Source: an uncultured bacterium
Lineage (GTDB): Bacteria > UBP4 > UBA4092
Assembly: GCA_964644695.1 (NCBI GenBank)
Contig: CAZXWN010000002.1
Coordinates: forward strand, 62,001-126,000
Direction of reading: 5' to 3'
DNA: 64,000 nucleotides
Shown here: positions 46,019 through 56,547 of the stretch, piece after piece
Position numbering within the stretch: the stretch's first letter is position 1
How the letters are laid out: each line of letters opens with the position of its first letter
The notes under the pieces: model-generated
Seen by the model: only the letters and a program-made list of their open reading frames with translations
Database searches by the model: none
Told to the model about the DNA's origin: nothing
Position numbers and translations under genes: made by a program

Positions 46019-47593
46019 CTAGATAACTCTTTGATATTGAGAAGGTTCCAGTTTCCAGACAGGGACTCCACAGAACCTGTCTCCTTCCGGACAGAAGGGT
46101 GTGACTTTGGCCAGGAATCGCTGTTGACAGGGAGGTCCTAAGTATTTACCAATCAATGGATTGATTTTAACGATTTGCTGTTGTTCCTCGACAGAGGACC
46201 GCCAGATTTCTTCCTGTGCGTTGTAACATAACCTCATGATGTGTTTATGTCTCAAATTCAGTAAGTCAGCAGACTCCGTAAAACGAACAGGAATAGCGTT
46301 AGGTAATAAATAACTGGTAAATTCCTCAGAGACACCCAGGGACTTTAATTTCAAGACGGATTCCCATGTCTGATTCATAATGTTCTGGTAACAGGTGAGC
46401 GCTTCTGGAGATAAATGTACTAATTCGGGTACTATGTAGTCCGGTTCATCCGAAACGCCGGCGCAAAATACAGGACGGGAAGCGGGTGTCATTCGGTGAC
46501 GCTGGTCCTGTGAATCTGCGGAATGGCTGATTTTTTTACGGAAGGTATAGCTGGCGTGATAGGCACACCGGGTAAGCTTATCCAGTGTGGTTAAATTCAT
46601 CGTTTCGCCCAGAATATGATTTTTGGAAGAGTCTAGTACCAAAGCAATGGCCTCTTCATCCGTAAGTGTCGATTTGGGGATTCCCAAAACTTCCCGGACA
46701 GATTGGGCCAATATGGTTTCCTGATTGCCTTTCCAGTCAACGAGTTTCGTGCTGAGTCCATCCAGAGATGCATCAAATTCTGAAATAAAAGTCTTTCTGG
46801 ATTCATAACTGGTTAATTGCGGCCGCTGAATAAAAAACTGGTATTCAGGAGTTTCTTCAATAGGGATTGGGTCTTCAATGATTTTCTCAAAGTCAGGATC
46901 ACATTTGAGCAGAGCATTTATCATCTGCTGGATGACCAGAGTCTGCTCTGCAGGTACATCGAACATCTGACTTAATCGCCAGTATCTCAGTAAGGTCAGG
47001 GCACTGATTGTATGGTAAAGATAAGCGAAGGTTGCTAAAGGAAGTACATAACGGGCAACCTCTTGCGCTCTCTTTTGAATAGCTTTTGCCCACTTATCCG
47101 GTGTTTTTGAATGTTGGGGAAACCGTTGATAGAAAGCCTCTTCGGTCACTGGGGTCAGTAATGTCACCAGTTGATGATAGGCCGCCATTTGGTCGTCAGC
47201 CATTTTACAGTAGATATTTAATGCTTCACCGGACAAGGGTGGGATGGCATAATTGCCTGATTTTACTGTCACATAGCGCTGGCTGACTTGTTCGGAATTA
47301 TAAAATGGGTGACTATGTAAAAAGCTCCAGATAAATTGCCGAGAGACATTGGCAATGGTGAACTGGAAGGTCGGATGCTGAAAGGTCGTGTGGTGACCCG
47401 CTTTAAAAATAGATTGAGCAAGTCCAATGTAATCACCTGATAACTCTTCAGGATTGATGACACCCTTACCTGAGTAACAGGTACGCGCGGTTGCTACCAC
47501 ATTCCGGAATGGAGTACTAAATCCATTGACCAACTGGACTGTGGGTGCTGGTGATAAAAAAGAAGATACTGACGGGACTGTCATGATGTCCAT
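46019..47593 (-). CDS. thyX: FAD-dependent thymidylate synthase, tandem two-domain type
   Basis: Domain 1: ARTCYS, GHHTTFQH, VSR, SEQVSQRYV, EVARYVLP. Domain 2: QDQRHR, YLLPNA, RLCYNAQEEI. Confidence 0.88.
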   Translation of the reverse strand: MDIMTVPSVSSFLSPAPTVQLVNGFSTPFRNVVATARTCYSGKGVINPEELSGDYIGLAQSIFKAGHHTTFQHPTFQFTIANVSRQFIWSFLHSHPFYNSEQVSQRYVTVKSGNYAIPPLSGEALNIYCKMADDQMAAYHQLVTLLTPVTEEAFYQRFPQHSKTPDKWAKAIQKRAQEVARYVLPLATFAYLYHTISALTLLRYWRLSQMFDVPAEQTLVIQQMINALLKCDPDFEKIIEDPIPIEETPEYQFFIQRPQLTSYESRKTFISEFDASLDGLSTKLVDWKGNQETILAQSVREVLGIPKSTLTDEEAIALVLDSSKNHILGETMNLTTLDKLTRCAYHASYTFRKKISHSADSQDQRHRMTPASRPVFCAGVSDEPDYIVPELVHLSPEALTCYQNIMNQTWESVLKLKSLGVSEEFTSYLLPNAIPVRFTESADLLNLRHKHIMRLCYNAQEEIWRSSVEEQQQIVKINPLIGKYLGPPCQQRFLAKVTPFCPEGDRFCGVPVWKLEPSQYQRVI

Positions 47594-47649
47594 CCAACTA
47601 ATTAAGATATGTCATTATATCCCATACCGGGTGTAAGACTTTATTGTGA

Positions 47650-48120
47650 TTACTGGGTTTTTCCCATATACAGAGTTGCCGTATTTACAGGAACTCCAAT
47701 CATCTTGAGGTACATATACAATTCGGTTTTATGGCCTGACTGGTGATCGGTCATTACTTGTAACAGATTGGCTAATGTTCCCTCAAAGCCAAAAGGAGTG
47801 CTGGCGGGTCTGTTCAGAAAATCATCGTCACTCAAACCTTCCAGAGCGGCAAGAGTCTCTTCTTTATTTTGTTTGAATAAAGTACAAGCATCCGGACCTG
47901 TTTTTCCCTTTGGTGGAGCTGAATGAGAGGCTGGCCAATCATTCTGAATCAAATGGAGTAATGGGCGAGGGGTAATGGCGCTATGTTCTAATAACTGTGC
48001 CAGAGTCCATGCATCCTCTCGGGGTTTCCAGTCTAAATCTTCCAGAGGTGCCAGTTTCATCAGTACTTCCATTGGATAACAAGACTTTTTGTAGTACTCA
48101 ATAAAATCTGTCCGTTTCAT
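47650..48120 (-). CDS. DinB/YfiT-family protein
   Basis: LDWKP....WTL.QLLEH, and H..GH..EL..YL...G. Confidence 0.85.
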   Translation of the reverse strand: MKRTDFIEYYKKSCYPMEVLMKLAPLEDLDWKPREDAWTLAQLLEHSAITPRPLLHLIQNDWPASHSAPPKGKTGPDACTLFKQNKEETLAALEGLSDDDFLNRPASTPFGFEGTLANLLQVMTDHQSGHKTELYMYLKMIGVPVNTATLYMGKTQ

Positions 48121-48383
48121 GCGAAATCCTCCTCAAATCATGTCGTTTGTCTGTAACGATTCATTCATATAAAAGTTTAAAATGATTTTATTTTGAGATG
48201 TATAATTGTTTCTGTCTGATAATAATGATTGACAGTTCTTATCTCCATCAATAGCATATTATGTCATTAATGTATATTTGTCTGTATAAGTATAAATAGT
48301 ATTTAACTTTGAGTTGGAGGATGAAGGTCAAATTCATGTTTTGTTTGTCGTCAAAACAGGTATGGATTTAACATTCACCATAA

Positions 48384-51300
48384 ATGGCTAAACAGGAAAT
48401 TGACAAAGCCACTATAAAAGATGGACTATCAAACTCTCATTCCTTAATACCGGAAGAACTGTTGGTATCTTTATGCCAGGATTTACTGCCTTGGATAGCG
48501 TTTGATGTAATAGGTCTTTATTCCCCCATATCCGGTCATCGAAAGATAAAAGGATGGCTGTATATTCCTGAACTATCCCACGACACATCAGGAAGATTCC
48601 TTCCTCTTCAGCATAATTTAGGTCTCCACATTAAAACTGTTTTGGAACAGAGCCAATCTTATCAATGTCCGGATATCCCGCTCCCGGCCGAGCTGCCTCG
48701 TAATGGTCAATATCAACTGGAAGCCGCCCTTTACGCGGAAGGCATGTTATCAATGGAAGTCCTTCCCCTGTATAACGATAACCATTTATCGGGAGCCTTA
48801 ATTATTGGTCGTAGAAAGAAAGGCCCACTACCTAAAGAAAGTATTTCTCTTCTATCCCATCGAATTTCCCAGCTTGGGCGTTTATTGCCCTGGGTAACTC
48901 GAAATGAGCAAAAGCCTGTTCACCATGAAGCCTTAATCCCGCTCTCTGATGTCACAAATTTGTTTTGTAGTGGGGAGTCTTCTGAAGAAGCTTTGCGAAA
49001 TGTCATTCACAAAATCCGTTTACAACTGGATTTTGATGCGGTTGTTTTAAATCTAATCCAGCCGGATGGTATGAGTTACCGTTCCCTGGTTCAATCGGGT
49101 CACACGGAAGAATTTGTCCGCTCTATGAAGCACCTCCAAATGGCATTTTCTCCTGTCGTATTGGAAAAGCTGGAAAATAGTAATCAAGCTGTTATTGTGG
49201 GCGATTTGTTGGTGACAGGGAAAGTGAATACTTATATTCTGGATTTGATTGGTTTTAAGTCCGGAATTGCTGTTCCGGTGAAAGTGAACGACGAATTATG
49301 CGGAGTATTGATTTGTTACCATAACACTTACCCGCACCACTATCCCGAAGATGTGTTATCGCAGCTTACTGAACTGATTTCTGTATTGTCTATGGGACTC
49401 CAGATTTACCTCAAGGATATGAAAAGCAGAAGTCTTGAATCATATAACCGAGCCATGGAAAGAATCCTTCGGGGCTGCACTGAATATACCAGTTCAGCGG
49501 ATCGATATACAACCTTTGTAGAAGCGATTCTGGACAATCTTGGATCTAAATATGGGATGTTAATTCAATGGATAAATGACCAGTCCCTTTTTGTTTCTCA
49601 GCTGGACCGCGGAATGAATGAGTCGATGCGGCTGATGGCTATGTCTCCAAGATTTATTCATCATTCTCATTCATTAGTCCGGCATTTTCAGGATACAAAT
49701 CAGCCCGTCCTGCTGAAAAAAAAGGAAGATACTAAATGGATTCAGGAAGTCTGGTTTGATATTGCTGAAGTTGACATGGTTTGCCTTATTCCCCTGTACC
49801 AAAACCATCAGTTCTGGGGACTTTTCCATGTTGGGTTTAGCGAAGATGATGTGAATGATTTATTCTTTAATGATATAGTGAAACAGGCTGAATCCCTTTG
49901 TGGTGCCGGGACTTTGTTGCTGGACCCGAAAACCACTTCGAACACTTGTCAGAGTCAGCCTGGGGATATTAGTTTTGATTCTTTACCAGATACACATACT
50001 CTTCAGGATTTCTTCAAGTATTTCTATCAGCATATTCATTCACTTATATCCTCAGATGTGTTTTATGGTGTTACACCCGTCAATAATACCGATAAACTCC
50101 AGCAACATTATGGGATAAAAGATTCGGTAGAACTACCGGATTGTGTCATCACACCTTCTTCTGAAGGGGCTTTGTTATCCGTCATTAAAACACATCAGAT
50201 GGTTTATGTATCACACACGCAATCTTTGAGTGAATCAGTGTTTCGATCTGGTGAAGCGCATGAGGAGATGGTAGAGCATCTTTATGTTCCTTTGGTTGCA
50301 GGGGATTCATTAATGGCAATCGTGGTTATGGAATCCCGAACACCAGACGCTTTTACAAGTGGTCAGATTGATTTACTTAAGTGTTTTACTGATATGGCGG
50401 CTCAGGCCCTGTGTCATGCATCAGAACATACGAGACTGGAACTTGCATCACATCGTCTTTCATTGATTACCCGGATTTCCTCAGTGATAGCTGTTGATGT
50501 TGAAGTGGAATCATATCTTAATCATGTTTTGAGTTTAGTCCGCGACTCTTTTAATGTGGATGCCTGTATTGTTCGTGAGCTGGATGGAGACAGTCTGAAG
50601 CTTTTAGCCTGGGATGGTGTTGACAGTAATCGGCTCATTCCAAGTTTGCCGGTAGATAAAGGGTGCGCGGGTGAAATAATTTTACATAATAGGTCCCTGG
50701 CTATTTCTGATGCACAATCCCATCCCCTTACTAGAGATTCTTGGAACAACCCTTCTTTCGGATATCCTTTCCGTTCTTATGTAGGTGTACCAATGGTCCT
50801 AAGAGGTCAGATTTATGGAATTATGGCCATTTATACCTCCGAAAAAATAAGGCATTTTAACCTCGATGATATTCAGTTCCTGCAATCCATTGCAAACTAT
50901 TCTGCACTGACTATCGAAAACACGCGCCTCTTTAGAGAAAAAGAACGGTTTACTCAGAAGTTAGAAGCTCTTGTTGCTATCACAGAAGCAAGCCTGAAAA
51001 ACTCTGCATTAGATAGTCAGTTGAGCGAAGTATTGGGCAGGATGAAGGCTGTTACCCATGCCGATGCCGCCTCATTGTTACTGTTTAATTCCGATAAGAA
51101 GACATTAGAGATCAAATCGACGATTGGATATCCTGATGTTGTTAGCAATATTGAATTCAATACAGACGCAAGTCTTGCGGGGAAAGTATTCAAAAATAAT
51201 GCTGTAATTGCAGTTGAGTCCACAGAAGCAGACCCAACATTTGTTCCAACACCTCTTCCAGGTATCCCAGATATTAAATCCACACTGGGTGTTCCTTTAA

Positions 51301-53411
51301 GAGGTAGAAGTGGTGTTATTGGTGTGGTTCACCTGGATTTCTTCAAAAACCGGGTCATATCTTCATGGGAAATATCCTTGCTGGAAATTCTTGGTTCAAG
51401 GGCTGGACTTGTGATAGAAAACAGCAGTTTGTACCGTGATACTAGAGATAGAGCTGAGAGTTTATATTTACTTCAGGAATCCTTATCCAGAGAACTGGCT
51501 ATTCTCGATCAGAACAGCCTTGAACAAGTCATAGCAAAGGTTGCTACCTCACTGACAGCCGCTGATATGGCCATTCTGGCATTTTTCAACAATGGAGATA
51601 AATATCCACATATCAGAGCCTGTCATGGGATGGAACCTAAAGCTGCCTCATTGATAATTGGTAATCAACTGGTTTTACCTCCTACAACATTAGCTCATTT
51701 GCACAATAGGGTTTCAATAAAGTCGGAAAGCTTTGAGCAAATCTCCCAATCGTGGGGTGATATAACATGGGCCAACCATGCGATATCTGCCTTAATGATC
51801 CCCTTGGTTTATGAGGGTAAATTGATGGGAGTGTTGGGGACATTCCGGTCTCAGTCAAAATTCCGTTCTATCGAATTGCAAACACTTGAATTGTTTACTC
51901 AACAAGCCTGTATGAATCTGCATAATGCAAGACTATTCGAAATGATTCGGAATGCGGAAGAAAATTACAGAACCCTTTTTGAGCAATCAAATGACTCGAT
52001 GTTCTTATTAGATTTGTCCAGGCAATTTACCTTTGTAAATGCTGCTACAGAAGAGTTAACGGGATACTCTGCATCCGAATTGAGCCGGAAGCGGTTGGAT
52101 GATTTAATTCTTCCATTAATGGACAACAATGAAGTTCCTTCTGAAGCAGACCCGTCTCACCTCCTGGATTTACTTTTATATCCTGCGCCCCAGGAATACG
52201 CCTTTGCCAGAAAAGACGGGAAGAAAATCCATGTCGAAATAAGTTCACGTCTCATTCGAAAAGATAGCCAAGTCCAAGGTATTCAATGTATAGCTCGAGA
52301 CATTTCTGATCGGAAACGAAAAGAGCATCAAATTATACAAATTTTGAACATGACTCGGAATTCTAAGCTCTCTCAACCAGATGCGGGGATTTATCAAAAC
52401 AGTCTTGGCTACATTGAGCAAATTATTTCTCCCAAACCCTGGTCATTTATTCAGTTATGGCTTCAGTCTCCTGACCATGATTCGCTGGTTCTCCATTCAT
52501 CCATCAGTTCAACCCTTCATCCCCCCTCTTTAGAAAGCCAGGAGGCTGTAAAGAAAATTGCCGGTGAGGTTGTTCGGACGGGGCGCTCGCGACTTATAAA
52601 TCGTATATTTTCTCTGGATGAGAATCCCGGAGTACTGACGGATTGTTTATGCGTTCCTTTAACAACGGGTGAACAGAACCAAACGGGCTCTGATACGGAT
52701 AAAAAGATACTTGGGGTCCTGTTGGTTGCAGACAATCAGAATGCTTCCGCTGAATTTTATGATGAACAGGATCTTCAGGTTTTCGAATTGGCCGGGACTC
52801 ATGTTGCGATGGCCATTGAACGCTCACGTCTTTATGAACAGATGCGAAGCCAGTATCTTCAGGTTATTAAATCGTTGGCAAAGGTTGTAGATTTGAGGGA
52901 CTCTGATACTTTAGACCATTCAAATAAGACATCAGAATATGCTTCACGATTAGCCCATAAAATGGAGCTTTCGGCCGAAGATATTGAGAAGATAGAAATT
53001 GCCGCACTTTTACATGATATTGGTAAAATCGGTATTCCAGACGCCATATTGAGAAAACCCGACCGGCTAACGGATATCGAGTACGAAATCATAAAACGTC
53101 ACCCGGAACTCGGTGCTGAGATACTGAAACCTTTGCAGCATATGGAGGAAATATCTTCCATGGTTCTCCATCATCAGGAGCATTATGATGGGACTGGATA
53201 TCCTGCAGGATTAAAAGGTGAGGGGATTTCTGTGGGTAGCAGGATATTGGCTATCGTGGATGCCTATCATGCGATGACTTCCGATCGCACCTATCGCAGA
53301 GCAATGCCCCGAGAAAAAGCTTTGGCTGAATTGAGATCCCACGCCGGCCGATATTTTGACCCGGAGATAGTGGAACATTTCCTTGCCATTGTTGCGCATG
53401 ATCCTGATTGA
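48384..53411 (+). CDS. Multi-GAF/PAS sensor HD-GYP cyclic dinucleotide phosphodiesterase
   Basis: Repeated GAF signatures (VP+...+.G++...F...D+.LL....A.AIENxRL), one PAS, LHDIGK and HHQEHYDGTGYP...DAYHAMTSDR.YR. Confidence 0.93.
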   Translation: MAKQEIDKATIKDGLSNSHSLIPEELLVSLCQDLLPWIAFDVIGLYSPISGHRKIKGWLYIPELSHDTSGRFLPLQHNLGLHIKTVLEQSQSYQCPDIPLPAELPRNGQYQLEAALYAEGMLSMEVLPLYNDNHLSGALIIGRRKKGPLPKESISLLSHRISQLGRLLPWVTRNEQKPVHHEALIPLSDVTNLFCSGESSEEALRNVIHKIRLQLDFDAVVLNLIQPDGMSYRSLVQSGHTEEFVRSMKHLQMAFSPVVLEKLENSNQAVIVGDLLVTGKVNTYILDLIGFKSGIAVPVKVNDELCGVLICYHNTYPHHYPEDVLSQLTELISVLSMGLQIYLKDMKSRSLESYNRAMERILRGCTEYTSSADRYTTFVEAILDNLGSKYGMLIQWINDQSLFVSQLDRGMNESMRLMAMSPRFIHHSHSLVRHFQDTNQPVLLKKKEDTKWIQEVWFDIAEVDMVCLIPLYQNHQFWGLFHVGFSEDDVNDLFFNDIVKQAESLCGAGTLLLDPKTTSNTCQSQPGDISFDSLPDTHTLQDFFKYFYQHIHSLISSDVFYGVTPVNNTDKLQQHYGIKDSVELPDCVITPSSEGALLSVIKTHQMVYVSHTQSLSESVFRSGEAHEEMVEHLYVPLVAGDSLMAIVVMESRTPDAFTSGQIDLLKCFTDMAAQALCHASEHTRLELASHRLSLITRISSVIAVDVEVESYLNHVLSLVRDSFNVDACIVRELDGDSLKLLAWDGVDSNRLIPSLPVDKGCAGEIILHNRSLAISDAQSHPLTRDSWNNPSFGYPFRSYVGVPMVLRGQIYGIMAIYTSEKIRHFNLDDIQFLQSIANYSALTIENTRLFREKERFTQKLEALVAITEASLKNSALDSQLSEVLGRMKAVTHADAASLLLFNSDKKTLEIKSTIGYPDVVSNIEFNTDASLAGKVFKNNAVIAVESTEADPTFVPTPLPGIPDIKSTLGVPLRGRSGVIGVVHLDFFKNRVISSWEISLLEILGSRAGLVIENSSLYRDTRDRAESLYLLQESLSRELAILDQNSLEQVIAKVATSLTAADMAILAFFNNGDKYPHIRACHGMEPKAASLIIGNQLVLPPTTLAHLHNRVSIKSESFEQISQSWGDITWANHAISALMIPLVYEGKLMGVLGTFRSQSKFRSIELQTLELFTQQACMNLHNARLFEMIRNAEENYRTLFEQSNDSMFLLDLSRQFTFVNAATEELTGYSASELSRKRLDDLILPLMDNNEVPSEADPSHLLDLLLYPAPQEYAFARKDGKKIHVEISSRLIRKDSQVQGIQCIARDISDRKRKEHQIIQILNMTRNSKLSQPDAGIYQNSLGYIEQIISPKPWSFIQLWLQSPDHDSLVLHSSISSTLHPPSLESQEAVKKIAGEVVRTGRSRLINRIFSLDENPGVLTDCLCVPLTTGEQNQTGSDTDKKILGVLLVADNQNASAEFYDEQDLQVFELAGTHVAMAIERSRLYEQMRSQYLQVIKSLAKVVDLRDSDTLDHSNKTSEYASRLAHKMELSAEDIEKIEIAALLHDIGKIGIPDAILRKPDRLTDIEYEIIKRHPELGAEILKPLQHMEEISSMVLHHQEHYDGTGYPAGLKGEGISVGSRILAIVDAYHAMTSDRTYRRAMPREKALAELRSHAGRYFDPEIVEHFLAIVAHDPD

Positions 53412-53422
53412 AAATGAAAAAT

Positions 53423-53462
53423 AAAAAGGCCTGATCTGTTTTGAACAGGTCAGGCCTTTTTT
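53423..53462. terminator. Bidirectional intrinsic terminator
   Basis: AAAAAGGCCTGATCTGTT-TTG-AACAGGTCAGGCCTTTTT between convergent genes. Confidence 0.88.
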
Positions 53463-53480
53463 GTTGTTTATTCAAATAAT

Positions 53481-54449
53481 CTATTCAGCATTCTTAAACA
53501 TACTGGTCGTTTCATAAATACCATCTTTGTCTTTATCCCAGTAAATTGCAACAGATCCATCTCTTCCCTGAATGATAACTTTTCCATCAGAGGGGATTGA
53601 AAAGCCACGCATTCCAGAAATCATTAACTGCTGACTTGTGCCCCAGATACAATCTCTATCTTTGTCATAAAAAACAGTTAAATCACCTTCGCCATTACTT
53701 AAGAAGATCCTTTGATCTCCAGTAATTGTGATTTGACTGGCTTTGTTGAATGGAAACTTGTACCGCCGTTCATGTACTCCATCACCATCAAGGTCTGCTG
53801 CTGCCGTCAGGACATTATCCACTCGATAGAGAATTTGTCCCATGTTGTTCAAGGTATACCAATCTACCTTGGAGGAAGCAAGGACATCAATTGTTTCAAA
53901 GGTGCCATCACTGTCTTTATCTGTCAATAAAGCCAGTTTTCCGTCTGTGTAACGGAACAACATCCTCTCATCTGAAAGGATATTGACATCCTGGACGCCA
54001 CTATTTGCCAGATTATGATAAACATCATAACTGCCATTTCCATCTGAATCTGAGAAAATAGTGACTTTGCCTGATTTGTCTCGTATCAGAATACGGCCCT
54101 TGCCCGTTAGATTAATTGATTTGATAGGCCCATTGATGAGTGTATTTACCATATCATAATGACCATCGTTATCCGTATCTACATGAACAGAAATGGTCTC
54201 TTTTGTTCGGAGTATTAATCTTCCTGCAGAGGGCATGATTACTTGAATGATTCCACTTTGGGCAACTACTTGTACGACATCAACGGTGCCATCATTGTCT
54301 TTATCCGTATAAACCGTTACCCGACCATTTTCGTCCTGAGTAAGGATGCGACCCTCTGGGGTAAAAGATAATCCAGCCCATGAACCTGCTATCAGGAACA
54401 GACCGAATAGTGTCGTCAGTATGTAAGTTTTGTTTAAATGCATATTCAC
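53481..54449 (-). CDS. Secreted seven-repeat protein, probable beta-propeller with DxDxDG calcium-binding loops
   Basis: Signal peptide followed by seven repeats of about 42-43 aa, each with D-x-D-x-D-G (one D-x-D-x-D-C). Confidence 0.8.
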   Translation of the reverse strand: MNMHLNKTYILTTLFGLFLIAGSWAGLSFTPEGRILTQDENGRVTVYTDKDNDGTVDVVQVVAQSGIIQVIMPSAGRLILRTKETISVHVDTDNDGHYDMVNTLINGPIKSINLTGKGRILIRDKSGKVTIFSDSDGNGSYDVYHNLANSGVQDVNILSDERMLFRYTDGKLALLTDKDSDGTFETIDVLASSKVDWYTLNNMGQILYRVDNVLTAAADLDGDGVHERRYKFPFNKASQITITGDQRIFLSNGEGDLTVFYDKDRDCIWGTSQQLMISGMRGFSIPSDGKVIIQGRDGSVAIYWDKDKDGIYETTSMFKNAE

Positions 54450-54595
54450 GATATCTTTACCTTAAAGGATAATGTCAATAGTATGTCAAAAAAGCCTGTT
54501 TGTGTATATATACTTTGTTCTGGTAAAGATTGTTGACTTCTCTCCTAGTAAAAGTTGTTTTTTCCTATGGATTGCCTATGTTAATATAAGATTCC

Positions 54596-55564
54596 ATGAA
54601 AACAAAACTTAAATATACCCTCATAGCCTCACTGGTTCTGCTCGGAACCCTTCTTTTTATCACATTAATTTGGTGGAATGGTTATGTCCCACCCCTGGAC
54701 CCAGGTAAGATGGTGACTGGAACCATTGTTTTAAAAGCTGATATTCCCAGCCAATCAGGGTCCCCCCTTCGTGGCGTATTGATTGGAGCCACAGAAGAAA
54801 CAGCTCTTAAATCGGTTTCAGGTTTCAAAAAGACTCTTGCTCGCTGGGCTCTAAAACTGGCCTTTCCTCGAAAAATCAATGCATACGGTGTGAAATTAGA
54901 AGGCGAAACAGCGCCTGTTTATTTGTATAGTGTTGATTTTGGCAAGGGAATAAAAATCGTTAGAATGGTTCAAGACAGGATTCCTGGAAAAATCTTCAAA
55001 GGGGCTCCAAGTCAGGATGAAACAGTCAACGGATATCCATTCATTTCACGACAAACACCCATACCCGAACCTGGATTTAAAGGAATTAATGCCTGTGCCT
55101 GGGTGGGTTCAGGGTTGTTGTTATGCACCGATGCCGGATATCTTCGTCGTGCCATCGAGGGTTATGATTCTGAAGCAATCATTCCTCCTCCGTCTGGGAA
55201 AATAATGACGATAAGTATCGATAATTCAAGTGGTTATCTGACGGAATTGATTCGTTATTATGAACAAAAAATGGAATACGAGATATTCTCGACTGCGGAT
55301 AGAGTGAAGAGTGTTGATATTGAACTCAGTCCTGTTAATTCCGATACGATGAAAGCCTTTGCCCGATTTAATACGGGTGAGGCGATTACTGCAGATGATT
55401 TATTAGTGAATGATGTTGACTTTTTTTATGGGGTAGCGCGTCGCGGTTTAAGACCACAGGGGATAGAACTGAATGGGACTGTTACCTCTGAGGGTTCAGC
55501 AGTTGTTTTGCAGGGAGATTTAACAGGATTTCGTCAGGCGCTGAGTAAGATTGAATCGCTATAA
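54596..55564 (+). CDS. Membrane-anchored protein of unknown function
   Basis: 322-aa ORF with N-terminal TM; weakly similar to the next gene. Confidence 0.75.
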   Translation: MKTKLKYTLIASLVLLGTLLFITLIWWNGYVPPLDPGKMVTGTIVLKADIPSQSGSPLRGVLIGATEETALKSVSGFKKTLARWALKLAFPRKINAYGVKLEGETAPVYLYSVDFGKGIKIVRMVQDRIPGKIFKGAPSQDETVNGYPFISRQTPIPEPGFKGINACAWVGSGLLLCTDAGYLRRAIEGYDSEAIIPPPSGKIMTISIDNSSGYLTELIRYYEQKMEYEIFSTADRVKSVDIELSPVNSDTMKAFARFNTGEAITADDLLVNDVDFFYGVARRGLRPQGIELNGTVTSEGSAVVLQGDLTGFRQALSKIESL

Positions 55565-55583
55565 GAGGAGGTCATTTTTTATA

Positions 55584-56525
55584 ATGACTCGGATAAAAAT
55601 GTGGGTTTCTTCTATCACCTTATTGTTACTGATGGGGGTTAGTTACGGCGGTAGTAGTGTAAATATAAGCCGGGATGCCTTAGGCTTTGCGGAAGTGAAT
55701 ATTGATCAATTCGACCCGGGTATTCGCTGGATGTATAATGCCTGGCAGAATGCAAAACGAAAAAATTCTCTAAAAACCATTGCAGGTCAATATGGTACTC
55801 ATGAGGCTATCGTTGGCATATATCCTTCCTCAGGAGTGATGGAGTTCCCATATGTCATTGTTTCCCGCATTCAACCTGGCGTTCATCCCTCAAATTTAGA
55901 GAAGATTATGGCCACTGATATTAAAGGCCGATATTCACCTCAGACCTACAACAATATATCCATGAGTGTAGGCAGTAAACCTGATGGTCGGAAATTTGCT
56001 TTTTACCAAAACGGTGCGTCGATCGTTATAGGAACTGATTTGAATGCCCTGAAAAAGACAATTGATGTGAGCAATGGAAGTATTGCATCAATCAAATCTG
56101 ATCCGGATTGGGCAGACTTAACTAATCGGCTATCGGGTAATCGTGATATGGAGTTTTTCTTCACAAATAATAGTGGGCAATTTGCCAGTGCCTTGTCCAG
56201 GCAAGAACGGAAATGGAAGATGAGCCTGCTGTTGTCCTCTCGGAGTATTCAGGCTATCTCGGGGGGGATGAACTTTGTGGATGGGGACCGTATGACTGGG
56301 GTGCTTGTATTTAAAGCAAAAAGTCCAGCAGCTATCCGCGATATTCAGGATGATGCTAATTTCCTGGGAGAAGCTATTCGGCGGAAATTCTCAAAACAGA
56401 AAATTACCTACAAACGACAGGTTACGGTTCAGGGGAATTATGTGACGTTGTCATATGAAATGTCTGGAATGAAACCCTTGTTTAATGAACTGTTCAGAGA
56501 CGGAATGTCTTCCCTTTTACGATAA
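55584..56525 (+). CDS. Secreted protein of unknown function (possibly DUF3352-like)
   Basis: GAGGAGG RBS, signal peptide; IVIGTD..ALKK.ID and SI...PDW..L...L pattern. Confidence 0.75.
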   Translation: MTRIKMWVSSITLLLLMGVSYGGSSVNISRDALGFAEVNIDQFDPGIRWMYNAWQNAKRKNSLKTIAGQYGTHEAIVGIYPSSGVMEFPYVIVSRIQPGVHPSNLEKIMATDIKGRYSPQTYNNISMSVGSKPDGRKFAFYQNGASIVIGTDLNALKKTIDVSNGSIASIKSDPDWADLTNRLSGNRDMEFFFTNNSGQFASALSRQERKWKMSLLLSSRSIQAISGGMNFVDGDRMTGVLVFKAKSPAAIRDIQDDANFLGEAIRRKFSKQKITYKRQVTVQGNYVTLSYEMSGMKPLFNELFRDGMSSLLR

Positions 56526-56547
56526 ACTCTTTTAACAGATATAAATC

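Noticed and set aside
48121-48383. Riboswitch or sRNA upstream of the HD-GYP gene
   Set aside because: The region is AT-rich with promoter-like hexamers, but I see no c-di-GMP riboswitch consensus or stable stems.
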